Origin: Myxococcota bacterium
Lineage (GTDB): Bacteria > Myxococcota > XYA12-FULL-58-9 > JALHOP01
DNA: 47,867 nt
Assembly: GCA_041288095.1 (NCBI GenBank)
Contig: JBGGMJ010000031.1
Span: 1-47,867 of the forward strand
Direction: 5' to 3'
Shown here: positions 1 to 8,731 of the stretch, one piece after another
How the letters are laid out: each line of letters starts with the position of its first letter
Position numbering within the stretch: the first letter of the stretch is position 1
Made by a program: the position numbers and the translations under genes
The notes under the pieces: model-generated
Databases searched by the model: none
Told to the model about the DNA's origin: nothing
Seen by the model: the letters and a program-made list of their open reading frames with translations, nothing else

Positions 1-1122
1 GTTCACCATGGAGTCGAACTTCGCTTGCTCGGCCCCTCCGTCATAGAAGACGGCGTTCAAGCTCGGGTAGAGATCGCCAGCGGGGTAGGTGACGCCGTAG
101 TACTGCACCAGACCGCTGTAAGGCGGGCCCATCGGCGGATCGACTTGCTCGGCTGGCTGGCAATCGATCACGCGCTTCACTTCGACGATGTAATCGAGGG
201 GGACGATGAAGGGCCAGCTCGGTTGGAGCGCAGCGGCGTCGCCCTGGCTACCGATAGCGCAGCCTGCCGAGCAGGTGCGCCCGAGCAGCGGGCCTGGCGG
301 CGTGATACCGGTGCCGGCACCCGTCGAGACGGTGGCCGCGTAGTTGGCCGAGCCGATGCCGAGGCACGCGTAGGCGCCCGCCGGCACAACCTCGTCGATA
401 TCGAGAAAAGGCCCGTCGTAGTGCGCGAGGTTCACCGGCGCCGCGCCGACGGTTGCGCCGAGAGCGGCCTCGTTCAAGAAGTCGCTGTTGTCGTCGTAGA
501 TGACGTCGAAGTTGCCGGCGAGCACATCACTTACGTTCTTCACACGGACGCCGACATTGTAGCTGGTGTTGAAGCGCATGACCGCTGGTGGGTGTGGCTC
601 GAACGTGAGCTCCACGGCGCTGGGAAACATGTGATAGCCCACGCCCGAGAAGTGGCTGATCTCGGTGGTGTGCACCGTACTGCCGGCGTCGATATCGACG
701 CTGAGGTGCTGCCGCGGATTGATGTCGGCGACGCCGCTGCCGTGGGTGAGCGCGATGACCATGGGTACGCGGGTGTTGTCGCCGGTGGTCACCGCGACAC
801 CCGGTAGCACGGCCGTCACCGTGACCGGCAGCGCGAAGGTGAGACCTTCCGGCCCGAACTCATAGGTCGCAACCGTCGGGATGCCCGGGAAGCTGGCTTC
901 ACCACCATCGGGTCCGTGCGACGTGATGGTGATGCGGACGTTCTCGGCCACGGCACCCGGCGGGATGTCGAGGGTCAGCGCGCCGTCGTCGGCAACGACT
1001 TGGCCGCCGGCCGGCCCGACTTCGGTCCCTTCGTCGGTGTCCTGATCGTCGTCGTTGTTCTTCTTGTCGTCACTGCAGGCGAGAGCGGACAAAACCGCGA
1101 AGCAAAGGGCAATACGGCGCAT
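1..1122 (-). CDS. Lipoprotein with N-terminal ZU5-like domain (3' end runs off the window)
   Basis: Not in the ORF track; my translation from ATG at 1122 is MRRIALCFAVLSALACSDDKK... (lipobox LAC), then VGPAGGQVVADDGALTLDIPPGAV...YEFGPEGLTFALPVTV...EISHFS, the ZU5-like pattern. No stop seen in the portions read. Confidence 0.85.
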   Translation of the reverse strand, partial: MRRIALCFAVLSALACSDDKKNNDDDQDTDEGTEVGPAGGQVVADDGALTLDIPPGAVAENVRITITSHGPDGGEASFPGIPTVATYEFGPEGLTFALPVTVTAVLPGVAVTTGDNTRVPMVIALTHGSGVADINPRQHLSVDIDAGSTVHTTEISHFSGVGYHMFPSAVELTFEPHPPAVMRFNTSYNVGVRVKNVSDVLAGNFDVIYDDNSDFLNEAALGATVGAAPVNLAHYDGPFLDIDEVVPAGAYACLGIGSANYAATVSTGAGTGITPPGPLLGRTCSAGCAIGSQGDAAALQPSWPFIVPLDYIVEVKRVIDCQPAEQVDPPMGPPYSGLVQYYGVTYPAGDLYPSLNAVFYDGGAEQAKFDSMVN

Positions 1123-1184
1123 GGGCGAGCGTGTACGGGGGATGGCGGGCGATGGTCAATCAGGGACGGTGTAACGAATTTCGC

Positions 1185-2621
1185 TTACGCTCGACCTGTA
1201 GCGCTCTTCGCGACCGCGCGCTCGACCATCGCGAGGCCGTCCACTTCCATCTCGCGGACCAAGGCTTCGAACGCTTCGCCGACGTGGAGCACCACCGCAC
1301 CCTTGGGGTCCGGGTTGCCAAACCGGTCGAGACGCATCACGGGAGGGTCGGGCGGATAGCGACGCAGCTGCGGCACCAGGACTTCCCTGAGGGTCTTGTT
1401 GACGGCGTCGACCATGTTGTCGTTCATGGCCCCCCAGCGCCAGGCGAAGACCTGGTTTCGCGCGGTGTCGGGGCTCGGAATGTACGGTTTCGCCGCGCCC
1501 CAAGCGGTAGCACCTCGTTCCGGGTGGGCCGCCCCAAGCGCACGCGCAGCGTCGAGCTCGGCGCGTGAGGCTTTCATGGCTGCCAACGTCATGCGCCACG
1601 CGGTCGAGCCAACCGTGAGCTGGCCGTCCCCGGCCGCCCGCCAGTGAAAGCCGCCGGGAATCGACGCTCCCGAGGGGTCCACCGGCGAGACGACGTCGAG
1701 CCCGCGCCCGTCGGCGTCATGCCAGGAGAAGACGATGAGATCGCCCAGCGTCGCGGCGTCCACGAGGGTGCCCGCGGCGCGCTGGATGGTCTCGATCGCC
1801 TTGCGTTCGATCAGCGAATGCGGCCAGTACCACGGCACGTCTCCACGCTCTGCGAGGTGCTGGATGACGCGACGGATGACGTAGCGCAGCGCTTGACCCA
1901 CGGAGTCGGGTAGCTCGCGCCGATAGGTCTCGCGGATCTCGGCGACTGGAGCGCGGATGTGTCCAGCAGCGAAGGTGTCTGAAAGGAAGTGCTGACTGTA
2001 CGCCTCGTCGGTGACCGCGGAAGCGAACAGGGCGTCGTCGCCGGTCTTGCCTGCTTTGAAGGCCTTCTGGAGCGCTTCGGTGTGGCCGCGCGCGTATGCG
2101 GAGAGGGCCGCGCCGTTTTGATTGAAGTGGTTGGAGTTGTCGGCGGCCATGCGGCCGTAGCGTTCGAGGATGCGCCGTTTGATCTCGGGAGGCAGCTTGG
2201 GCTCGGGCTCCTTCTGGCCGAACGCGAACCAGCGCGTCCAGCGAAGCTCGGCTTGACCCTGCTCGGTCGCCATCACCTGCCGCAGCTCATCGACCGACCC
2301 GACGAAGTCGCCGGCGAGCGCGACCACCTCTCCGAAAGCGAGGCTCGTGCCGTCGTTGAAACGCAGCTCTTTCAGGAGCTCGTTACCGGTCGCGGCGTTG
2401 CCCAGGAGCGCGTGCTCGGCCGAGGCGAAATTCGCTCGGACGACTGTCGACTGCGCGACCCAGACGTCAGCGAGCTCCCTCGGGATCCGGTGCATACGCG
2501 CGGTGCCGGGGGTGAGCGGCTCGGCGCGATGGGCCAACGGGCAGGCGGACACACGCCCCGCGAAGGGCGCTTGGGGGGCGACCTTGGGGTCTGGCGATCC
2601 TGACCGCTCGACCTTGGACAT
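1185..2621 (-). CDS. Zinc metallophospholipase C family protein (Legionella PlcA/B/C-like)
   Basis: Motifs FGEVVALAGDF, NSNHF, YARGH, EAYSQHFLSDTFAAGHIRAP, WHDAD and WRAAGDG; RBS AAGGAG; no Sec signal peptide. Confidence 0.75.
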   Translation of the reverse strand: MSKVERSGSPDPKVAPQAPFAGRVSACPLAHRAEPLTPGTARMHRIPRELADVWVAQSTVVRANFASAEHALLGNAATGNELLKELRFNDGTSLAFGEVVALAGDFVGSVDELRQVMATEQGQAELRWTRWFAFGQKEPEPKLPPEIKRRILERYGRMAADNSNHFNQNGAALSAYARGHTEALQKAFKAGKTGDDALFASAVTDEAYSQHFLSDTFAAGHIRAPVAEIRETYRRELPDSVGQALRYVIRRVIQHLAERGDVPWYWPHSLIERKAIETIQRAAGTLVDAATLGDLIVFSWHDADGRGLDVVSPVDPSGASIPGGFHWRAAGDGQLTVGSTAWRMTLAAMKASRAELDAARALGAAHPERGATAWGAAKPYIPSPDTARNQVFAWRWGAMNDNMVDAVNKTLREVLVPQLRRYPPDPPVMRLDRFGNPDPKGAVVLHVGEAFEALVREMEVDGLAMVERAVAKSATGRA

Positions 2622-2787
2622 GAGCTCCTTCGGGTGCAGGAGTTCGTCGGCAAATTATGCGTTCGGGTGCGCCAAGCACGGTGTCGTGGAGGCAGTCCCG
2701 ACGCACCCGCCTGTCACACAGTCAGACGAGAAACGGGGGGCGGATCACGCTCGACCGCCGAGAACGAGACCAACAAAGGAGCGAACG

Positions 2788-3246
2788 ATGGAGTCGAAGG
2801 TCGGTGTTGTCGGTTCAGCGGGACGTGTTGGTGGGGCGGGTCCCGTAGTCGTGAGCGCCGCGCAGGTTGCCGCGGCCAAGAAGGCCATGGAGACCCCCGA
2901 GATGAATCTGCTCATCGCGGCGGCGCAGAACCTGTACCCCGCCGCTCGCGTGAAGGCGGAGAACGACCCGGCGCGTCACCTCGAGCTGGGCTACTCGGTG
3001 ACCGCGAAAGCAGTCATCGGATCTCTCGAAGCCGCGACCACGCCCAAGGCCGAGGATATGCGCGGCGCCATCAAGACGCTCCTGCGCTACCAGGCGCAGC
3101 TCGACCAGAAGTCGCGCACGCAAGACCTCGTCGGCGAAGAGAAGGAAGACTTCATCGGCATCCAGCAGCTCGGCTTCGGCCTGTGCATGGCGATCGCTTT
3201 CTCGGCGACCGCCGTCGAAGCCTTCATGAACGACTACGCGCGCTAG
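2788..3246 (+). CDS. Hypothetical helical protein, 152 aa
   Basis: Strong RBS (AAAGGAG) before ATG 2788, GC3-rich codons, fills the gap up to the convergent sctV stop. The longer 2347 start overlaps the PLC gene and is unlikely. Confidence 0.8.
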   Translation: MESKVGVVGSAGRVGGAGPVVVSAAQVAAAKKAMETPEMNLLIAAAQNLYPAARVKAENDPARHLELGYSVTAKAVIGSLEAATTPKAEDMRGAIKTLLRYQAQLDQKSRTQDLVGEEKEDFIGIQQLGFGLCMAIAFSATAVEAFMNDYAR

Positions 3247-3247
3247 C

Positions 3248-5395
3248 CTACTCGAGGCTGATACGCGCGATCGGCTGGATGTTCATGTCCGGCGAAAGCT
3301 CCTGGTAGCTCAGGACCGCGAGGTGCGGGAACTCGAGCTCGACGAGCTTTCGGAAGTACCGGCGAATCTCCATGGTCGTGAGAATGACCGGGTTCTGAGC
3401 GGTCGGCGGCAGGTTACCGACCTCGTTGCGCACAGCGGTGAGGATCTCTTGGGTGATCTCGGGCTCGAGCGCGAGGTACGAGCCCGACTGCGTGTGCTGG
3501 ATCGAGCTGCGCACCGTCTCTTCGATCTGCGGATCGAGCAGGTAGACGACGAGCGTGTTACCGCCGCGCGTGTACTTGTGCGAAATGTACCGCTTTAGCG
3601 CATTGCGGACATACTCGGTGAGCATGACCGTGTCGTTCTCGACCTGACCCCACTCGGCGAGCGCTTGCAGAATCGAACGCAAGTCGCGGATCGAGATTTC
3701 TTCTTCGACCAAGCGACGCAAGATGTCGGTGAGCTGGAAGGGCGAGACCGCCTTGGGCACGACCTCTTTGACGAGCGCCGGGAAGGCCTGCTCGAGCTGC
3801 TCGAGCATGTTCTGGACTTCCTGGATGCCGACGAACTCCGCCGCGTTTTTGCGGAGCACCGAGGACAAGTGGAGCACCATGTAGCCGGCGGCGTCCCACG
3901 TCGTGAGGCCCGCTTGCTCGGCGATGCTCGCGTATTGCTCGGGGATCCAAGCGCACTCGGAGCCGTTCGCCGGGTTCACCGCTTCTTCGCCCTTGATGTT
4001 CAAGAGCGTGAGGCGGTCGACGGTGTCGTTGACGAGCACCTTGTCGAGCGAGACGTTGCCCGAGACCAACGGGATTTCGTTGATCATGATGATGTACGTG
4101 CCGTCCGGAAGATCCGTTTCGTTACCGCGGACACGGATACCGGGGAACTTCACGCCGAGCTCGTAGAAGAGACCGTCGCGCATCATCGGCACCATCTCGC
4201 CGAGGAACTTGTTGCCGCCGGTGGAGTCTTCGACGAGCGGGATGAGGTTGGCCGCGACTTCGAGCGCGATGGGCGTGACGACCGGGAGCATTTGCTGCGC
4301 CTGGCCTTCTTGTTTCTTCGCTGCTTCGATCTGTTTTTGCCGCGTCTCTTCGCCGAGCGCCTGCACTTGGTTCGCGGGCCCGTCATCGCCGAGGATACCC
4401 GCCACCTTCTTGCGCATGAGGCCGTAAGCGAGACCACCGGTCGCCGCCGCCATGATCGCGAACGGCGCGAACGGCAGACCGGGGACGAGGGCGATGCCGA
4501 CGAGCATGCCGGCCGCTACAGCGAACGCTTTGGGCTGCGCCAAGACCTGGGTCGAGATGTCTTTACCGAGGTGCGCTTCCTCGTCTTCCGACGAGACGCG
4601 CGTGACGATGAGGCCGGCGGTCATTGCCGAGAGGAGGGCGGGGATCTGCGAGACCAGACCGTCACCGATGGTGAGGATGCCATAGCGCTGAATGGCCTCG
4701 GCCGCGCTCATGTCCATCATGGTGATGCCGATGATGATGCCGGCGATGATGTTGATCGCGGTGATGATGAGGCCGGCGATGGCGTCGCCTTTGACGAACT
4801 TCATGGCGCCGTCCATCGAGCCGAAGAGCTGCGATTCGCGGTTGAGCTCGGCTCTACGGCGGCGGGCTTCGTCGAGATCGAAGGCACCGGCGCGCAAGTC
4901 CGCGTCGATGGACATCTGCTTGCCGGGCATGGCGTCGAGGGTGAAGCGCGCCGCGACTTCGGCGACACGCTCCGCGCCTTTGGCGACGACCAAGAATTGG
5001 ATGATCGTGAGGATGAGGAAGATGACCGCGCCGACGACGAAGTTGCCGCGGACGACGAACTTACCGAACGCCTCGATGACCTCGCCGGCGTCGGCCTGGA
5101 GGAGAACGAGACGCGTCGATGAGACGTTGAGCGCCAAGCGGAACAAGGTCGTGATGAGGATGATCGTCGGGTAGGCCGACAGTTTGAGGGCGTGGGTGAT
5201 GTAGATGGAGATCATCAGCATCGCGACCGAGATGGTGATGTTCAAGCACAGCAGGATGTCGAGGACGTGCGTCGGGAGCGGAATGATCATCATTCCGACG
5301 ACCGCGACGACGAGGCCGGCAAGCAAGATGTCCGAGTAGCGCGCTGAGACGGTTGCGAAGTCGCCGCGCATCAGGAACTTGAGGAGCTTGTCCAT
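3248..5395 (-). CDS. sctV: Type III secretion export apparatus subunit SctV (LcrD/FlhA family)
   Basis: FHIPEP motifs RVAEVAARFTLDAMPGKQMSIDADL, GSMDGAMKFVKGDAIAG, LTIGDGLVSQIPALL and C-terminal VLSYQEL. AMKFVK and SYQEL are more typical of SctV than FlhA. Confidence 0.93.
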   Translation of the reverse strand: MDKLLKFLMRGDFATVSARYSDILLAGLVVAVVGMMIIPLPTHVLDILLCLNITISVAMLMISIYITHALKLSAYPTIILITTLFRLALNVSSTRLVLLQADAGEVIEAFGKFVVRGNFVVGAVIFLILTIIQFLVVAKGAERVAEVAARFTLDAMPGKQMSIDADLRAGAFDLDEARRRRAELNRESQLFGSMDGAMKFVKGDAIAGLIITAINIIAGIIIGITMMDMSAAEAIQRYGILTIGDGLVSQIPALLSAMTAGLIVTRVSSEDEEAHLGKDISTQVLAQPKAFAVAAGMLVGIALVPGLPFAPFAIMAAATGGLAYGLMRKKVAGILGDDGPANQVQALGEETRQKQIEAAKKQEGQAQQMLPVVTPIALEVAANLIPLVEDSTGGNKFLGEMVPMMRDGLFYELGVKFPGIRVRGNETDLPDGTYIIMINEIPLVSGNVSLDKVLVNDTVDRLTLLNIKGEEAVNPANGSECAWIPEQYASIAEQAGLTTWDAAGYMVLHLSSVLRKNAAEFVGIQEVQNMLEQLEQAFPALVKEVVPKAVSPFQLTDILRRLVEEEISIRDLRSILQALAEWGQVENDTVMLTEYVRNALKRYISHKYTRGGNTLVVYLLDPQIEETVRSSIQHTQSGSYLALEPEITQEILTAVRNEVGNLPPTAQNPVILTTMEIRRYFRKLVELEFPHLAVLSYQELSPDMNIQPIARISLE

Positions 5396-5479
5396 CGTCG
5401 GCCGAGTGTACCCACATGCACGGACTAATGCGAAGCTCGTGCATGCGCGTGCGCTGATTTTGGAAGCGAAGAGCGCTGG

Positions 5480-5719
5480 TTACGAGGCGATGCCGGTCGA
5501 CTCAGCGCCGACCACGAGGGCCGTGCGTTCGGAGCCGAAGACCTTGGCGTGGAAGAAGGCCATTGCGCGGCCGACTCCGCTGAAGGTCTCGCCCATCGCG
5601 GCGGGCTGCGGCGCACTGGCGCGACGCATCCGCGGGCTGTCCGATCGCGACGAAGCATCTGACTGACGAGGGGCGGCACGAAATGCTGCTTCCAACTTCG
5701 CCAACGCAGGAACTGTCAT
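5480..5719 (-). CDS. Small hypothetical protein, 79 aa
   Basis: RBS GAGGTG before ATG 5719 (MTVPALAKLEAAF...); co-oriented upstream of sctV. Confidence 0.5.
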   Translation of the reverse strand: MTVPALAKLEAAFRAAPRQSDASSRSDSPRMRRASAPQPAAMGETFSGVGRAMAFFHAKVFGSERTALVVGAESTGIAS

Positions 5720-5787
5720 CGGACACCTCGCGTTCGTTAAGGTGTGTTCTAGGCACAACTCACGCAGTTACGAGAGTATCGTCAGAA

Positions 5788-6165
5788 ATGGCGTGGCTGG
5801 TGCGTCGAATCTTCGAGGAGCTCGTTTTCATTGTGATTTTGCCTGTCGAGCGGTGCCGAGCCTGGTGGGCCAGGGCCCGAGGACTGCTCGGCCGGGAAGC
5901 CCCGAAGTCGGGAACAGCCCTATGGATCGTCCCCTGCCGGCAGGTGCATACCTTTGGCATGACCTACGCCATCGACGTCGTCGCCCTCGACAAGCAGGGG
6001 GTCGTGCTCGACGTTCGCACCTTGACGCCATGGCGGATTGGTCCGTGGATATGGCGGGCGCACAGCACTCTCGAGCTCGCCGCGGGCGAAGCTGGGCGCT
6101 TGGGAATCACGATCGGCGTGCGGCCCACGCTGCAAGAAATCGGGTCTGTGGAGGTTTCGCGCTGA
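5788..6165 (+). CDS. DUF192 family protein (start uncertain, possibly ~5833)
   Basis: RARGLLGR...PCRQVHTFGMTYAIDVVALD...TLELAAG signature. Confidence 0.85.
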   Translation: MAWLVRRIFEELVFIVILPVERCRAWWARARGLLGREAPKSGTALWIVPCRQVHTFGMTYAIDVVALDKQGVVLDVRTLTPWRIGPWIWRAHSTLELAAGEAGRLGITIGVRPTLQEIGSVEVSR

Positions 6166-6250
6166 TGTCCGTGTACCGCGCTCGACGCAGCGTTCTTGAA
6201 CCGCCTCATTTCGCGTGCTACCAACGGGCCGTTGTGACGAGTGATACGGC

Positions 6251-7015
6251 ATGAAAATCCGCTACGCCGGCAGCACCCACGTCGGTATGAAGCGGTCGCA
6301 CAACGAGGACAACTTCTTCCTCTTGGCCGAGGAGAATTTGTACATCGTGGCCGACGGTATGGGCGGTCACGCGTCCGGCGAAGTCGCCTCCCAGATCGCG
6401 GTCGAGACGCTCGCCAACTTCTTCATCGACACCTCGCGCGATCGCGAGATCACCTGGCCGTACAAGGAAGATCGCGGGGTCAGCTACGACGAGAATCGGC
6501 TGATCACCGGCGTCAAGCTCGCGAACCGCCGGGTCTACGAGACGGCCCAGAGCGATGCCCGCTATCGCGGAATGGGCACGACCATCGTCAGCCTGGTCTG
6601 CGGTTCGAGCGGCGCCTTCCTGGGGCACGTTGGCGACTCGCGCGGCTACGTCATTCGCGAGGGACGCATCCAGCAGGTCACCGAAGACCACTCGCTGCTC
6701 AACGACTACCTCAAGGTCCACAAGCTCACGGCGGAAGAAATCGAGCACTTCCCGCACAAGAACGTCATCGTTCGTGCCTTGGGCATGAAAGAGACGGTCG
6801 CGGTCGACGTGCATCGAGTCGACCCGAAGCCCGGCGAGGTCTACCTGCTGTGCTCGGACGGCCTCTCCGGCATGGTCACGGACGAACAGATCCTCGAAGC
6901 GGTCCAAGAGGGCGGCAGCGACCTCGAGAAGACCTGCCAGTCGCTGATCGCCCGCGCCAACGCCGCCGGCGGCGTCGACAACGTCACCTGCGTCCTGGTC
7001 GAATTCTCAGACTAG
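6251..7015 (+). CDS. PP2C-type Ser/Thr protein phosphatase (Stp1/PrpC family)
   Basis: HNED, VADGMGGH, GMGTT, HVGDSR, TEDHS, LLCSDGL and GGVDNVT motifs. Confidence 0.96.
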   Translation: MKIRYAGSTHVGMKRSHNEDNFFLLAEENLYIVADGMGGHASGEVASQIAVETLANFFIDTSRDREITWPYKEDRGVSYDENRLITGVKLANRRVYETAQSDARYRGMGTTIVSLVCGSSGAFLGHVGDSRGYVIREGRIQQVTEDHSLLNDYLKVHKLTAEEIEHFPHKNVIVRALGMKETVAVDVHRVDPKPGEVYLLCSDGLSGMVTDEQILEAVQEGGSDLEKTCQSLIARANAAGGVDNVTCVLVEFSD

Positions 7016-7128
7016 CGGTTACAGCTGCACGTCTTCGCTGACCCCTGATTCCTCCCCAGTGCGAGGCAGTGCCGCCGATCGCGCCCACTGAGGCACGTCG
7101 CCCCACAGGCCGACGCGCGGCACCGCAA

Positions 7129-7151
7129 GGGGATGCAGCCGCTGCATCCCC
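7129..7151. repeat. REP-like palindrome
   Basis: GGGGATGCAGC-C-GCTGCATCCCC, perfect 11-bp arms in intergenic DNA. Confidence 0.55.
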
Positions 7152-7326
7152 GAGGAGCGGAAGCAGGAGGCCGCTCGCAAGGCCCATGCGACCCAGATCC
7201 CAAGGGTCAATAGTGGACACCCCAGCCCGCGCCCCCGCGCCCCACTGGCCCCAAATTGGAACCACACAATCGCCTAACGCAGCGATTTTCTGCGTGAACT
7301 TCCGGGCTACTACGCCATCTCGCGAG

Positions 7327-7343
7327 TCGGCACACCGGTTGCA
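7327..7343 (+). promoter_or_regulatory. Sigma-54 -24/-12 promoter candidate
   Basis: TCGGCACACCGGTTGCA matches YTGGCAC-N5-TTGCW with GG-N10-GC spacing. Confidence 0.6.
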
Positions 7344-7577
7344 ACGTTAGTGTCCGTGCACGTCAGCAGCGACTACGCCGGTCTAAGGTGGAGTTCCGGC
7401 GGACGCTGCGCAATGGAATGAAGCAGGAACAAATAGGGTTTTAGAGTCTGACTTCAAAAAAACGCGGATCTGAGTCTAGCAAGTAAACGCTTGGGGCCGC
7501 GCGAGGTTGGACGATTTGGGCGACTTGTCGGATGCGATTTTCGAATCGAATCGCGGCGAGCGGCATCTAATCAATAG

Positions 7578-7593
7578 CGGCCCAGGGTTTGCA
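7578..7593 (+). promoter_or_regulatory. Sigma-54 -24/-12 promoter candidate
   Basis: CGGCCCAGGGTTTGCA, GG-N10-GC with TTGCA. Confidence 0.45.
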
Positions 7594-7638
7594 AACGTTT
7601 CGGACGATTTAGAAGCCTGGGTTGATAAGTGATAGAGA

Positions 7639-7654
7639 CGGTCCGGTTGTTGCA
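7639..7654 (+). promoter_or_regulatory. Sigma-54 -24/-12 promoter candidate
   Basis: CGGTCCGGTTGTTGCA, GG-N10-GC with TTGCA, ~35 nt before the sigma-32 start codon. Confidence 0.45.
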
Positions 7655-7688
7655 GTAATTGAGGCCGGACTCAGAAAGGGGCATCATC

Positions 7689-8564
7689 GTGGCACGGATT
7701 ACAACAGCATCTCTCCCGACCACTCAGACCATCGACCGTTATGTGTCGGAGATTAACCGCTACAAGCTGCTCACCCGCGAGGGGGAGATGGAGCTGGCAG
7801 TGCGTTATCGCGACAACAGCGATCTCCAGGCAGCACACAAGCTCGTGGTCTCGAATCTCCGCTTCGTGGTGAAGATCGCTCACGAATATCGCGGCTACGG
7901 GTTCAAGCTCCTGGACCTTATCCAAGAGGGCAACATCGGCCTCATGATGGCGGTCAAGAAGTTCGACCCCTCCAAGGGCTATCGCCTCATCTCGTACGCG
8001 GTGTGGTGGATCCGCGCGTACATCCAGAACTTCATCATTCGCTCGTGGTCGCTGGTGAAGCTCGGAACGACGCAAGCGCAGCGGAAGCTGTTCTTCAAGC
8101 TTCGCAGCGAGCGTGAGCGTGCAGATCGCGCCGCGGGCCCTGGCTCGACGGCTTCGACGACGGAGCTGGCGCAGCGCCTGGACGTTGGCGAAACCGACGT
8201 GGTCGACATGGAAATGCGCCTCTCGGCGCGCGACTTCTCGCTCGATGTCGAGCTCGACGAAGGCGCTCGGCAGACGCACCTCGACCTCCTCAAGTCCGAT
8301 GGCGAGAACCAGGAGACGGCGCTCGCGGATCTCGAGGAAAAGGCGTTGGTTCGCGGCAAGGTCCAGCAGGCCATGCGCACCCTCAACGAGAAGGAGCAGT
8401 ACATCGTCGAGAATCGCCTGATGACCGACGAGCCGAAAACGCTTCACGAAATCGGCGAGCACTTCCACATCTCGCGCGAGCGTGCCCGTCAGATCGAGGG
8501 CAACGTCCTGCGTAAGATCCGCACCGCCCTGGCAGGGTCGGGGCTGGAGCCGATGGCCGCCTAG
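7689..8564 (+). CDS. rpoH: RNA polymerase sigma-32 family factor (RpoH / myxobacterial SigB-C-E type)
   Basis: SNLRFVVKIA, DLIQEGNIGLMMAVKKFDP, YAVWWIRA, RpoH box QRKLFFKLR, region 4 SRERARQIE; RBS AAAGGGG before GTG 7689. Confidence 0.93.
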   Translation: MARITTASLPTTQTIDRYVSEINRYKLLTREGEMELAVRYRDNSDLQAAHKLVVSNLRFVVKIAHEYRGYGFKLLDLIQEGNIGLMMAVKKFDPSKGYRLISYAVWWIRAYIQNFIIRSWSLVKLGTTQAQRKLFFKLRSERERADRAAGPGSTASTTELAQRLDVGETDVVDMEMRLSARDFSLDVELDEGARQTHLDLLKSDGENQETALADLEEKALVRGKVQQAMRTLNEKEQYIVENRLMTDEPKTLHEIGEHFHISRERARQIEGNVLRKIRTALAGSGLEPMAA

Positions 8565-8611
8565 GCCAAGATACCAAGCGACTGAACCGCCTGAAGCGGC
8601 GGGGGGAATTC

Positions 8612-8669
8612 AAGGCCGGACACGTTTTCCGATCGGACATCCGACCGGACGCGTGTCCGGCCTTTTTTT
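8612..8669 (+). terminator. Intrinsic terminator
   Basis: AAGGCCGGACACG...CGTGTCCGGCCTT long hairpin followed by a T7 tract. Confidence 0.85.
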
Positions 8670-8731
8670 CGCTCGGACATGTCCTCGCTAGCGTCTCCGC
8701 TTGCTTGAGGGGTACGAGCGGGTTGCGCGGG

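Noticed and set aside
3665-5122. Long antisense or alternative-frame ORFs (e.g. 25..807, 3665..5122, 9049..10308, 17623..18765, 37133..38407, 42427..43860)
   Set aside because: Shadow ORFs expected from high GC3 opposite well-supported genes; no recognisable motifs.
3248-5395. Calling this gene flagellar flhA
   Set aside because: GAMKFVKGD and VLSYQEL favour SctV, and there are no flagellar neighbours. A phylogeny is still needed.
6984-7350. Short ORFs in the phosphatase-sigma intergenic region
   Set aside because: No RBS, codon bias or motifs; the region holds palindromic and promoter elements instead.
7438-7487. GTTTTAGAG...TAGCAAGTAAA resembles the Cas9 repeat/tracrRNA scaffold
   Set aside because: Only short matches; no repeat array, no cas genes and no proper repeat:anti-repeat duplex. 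Most likely chance.
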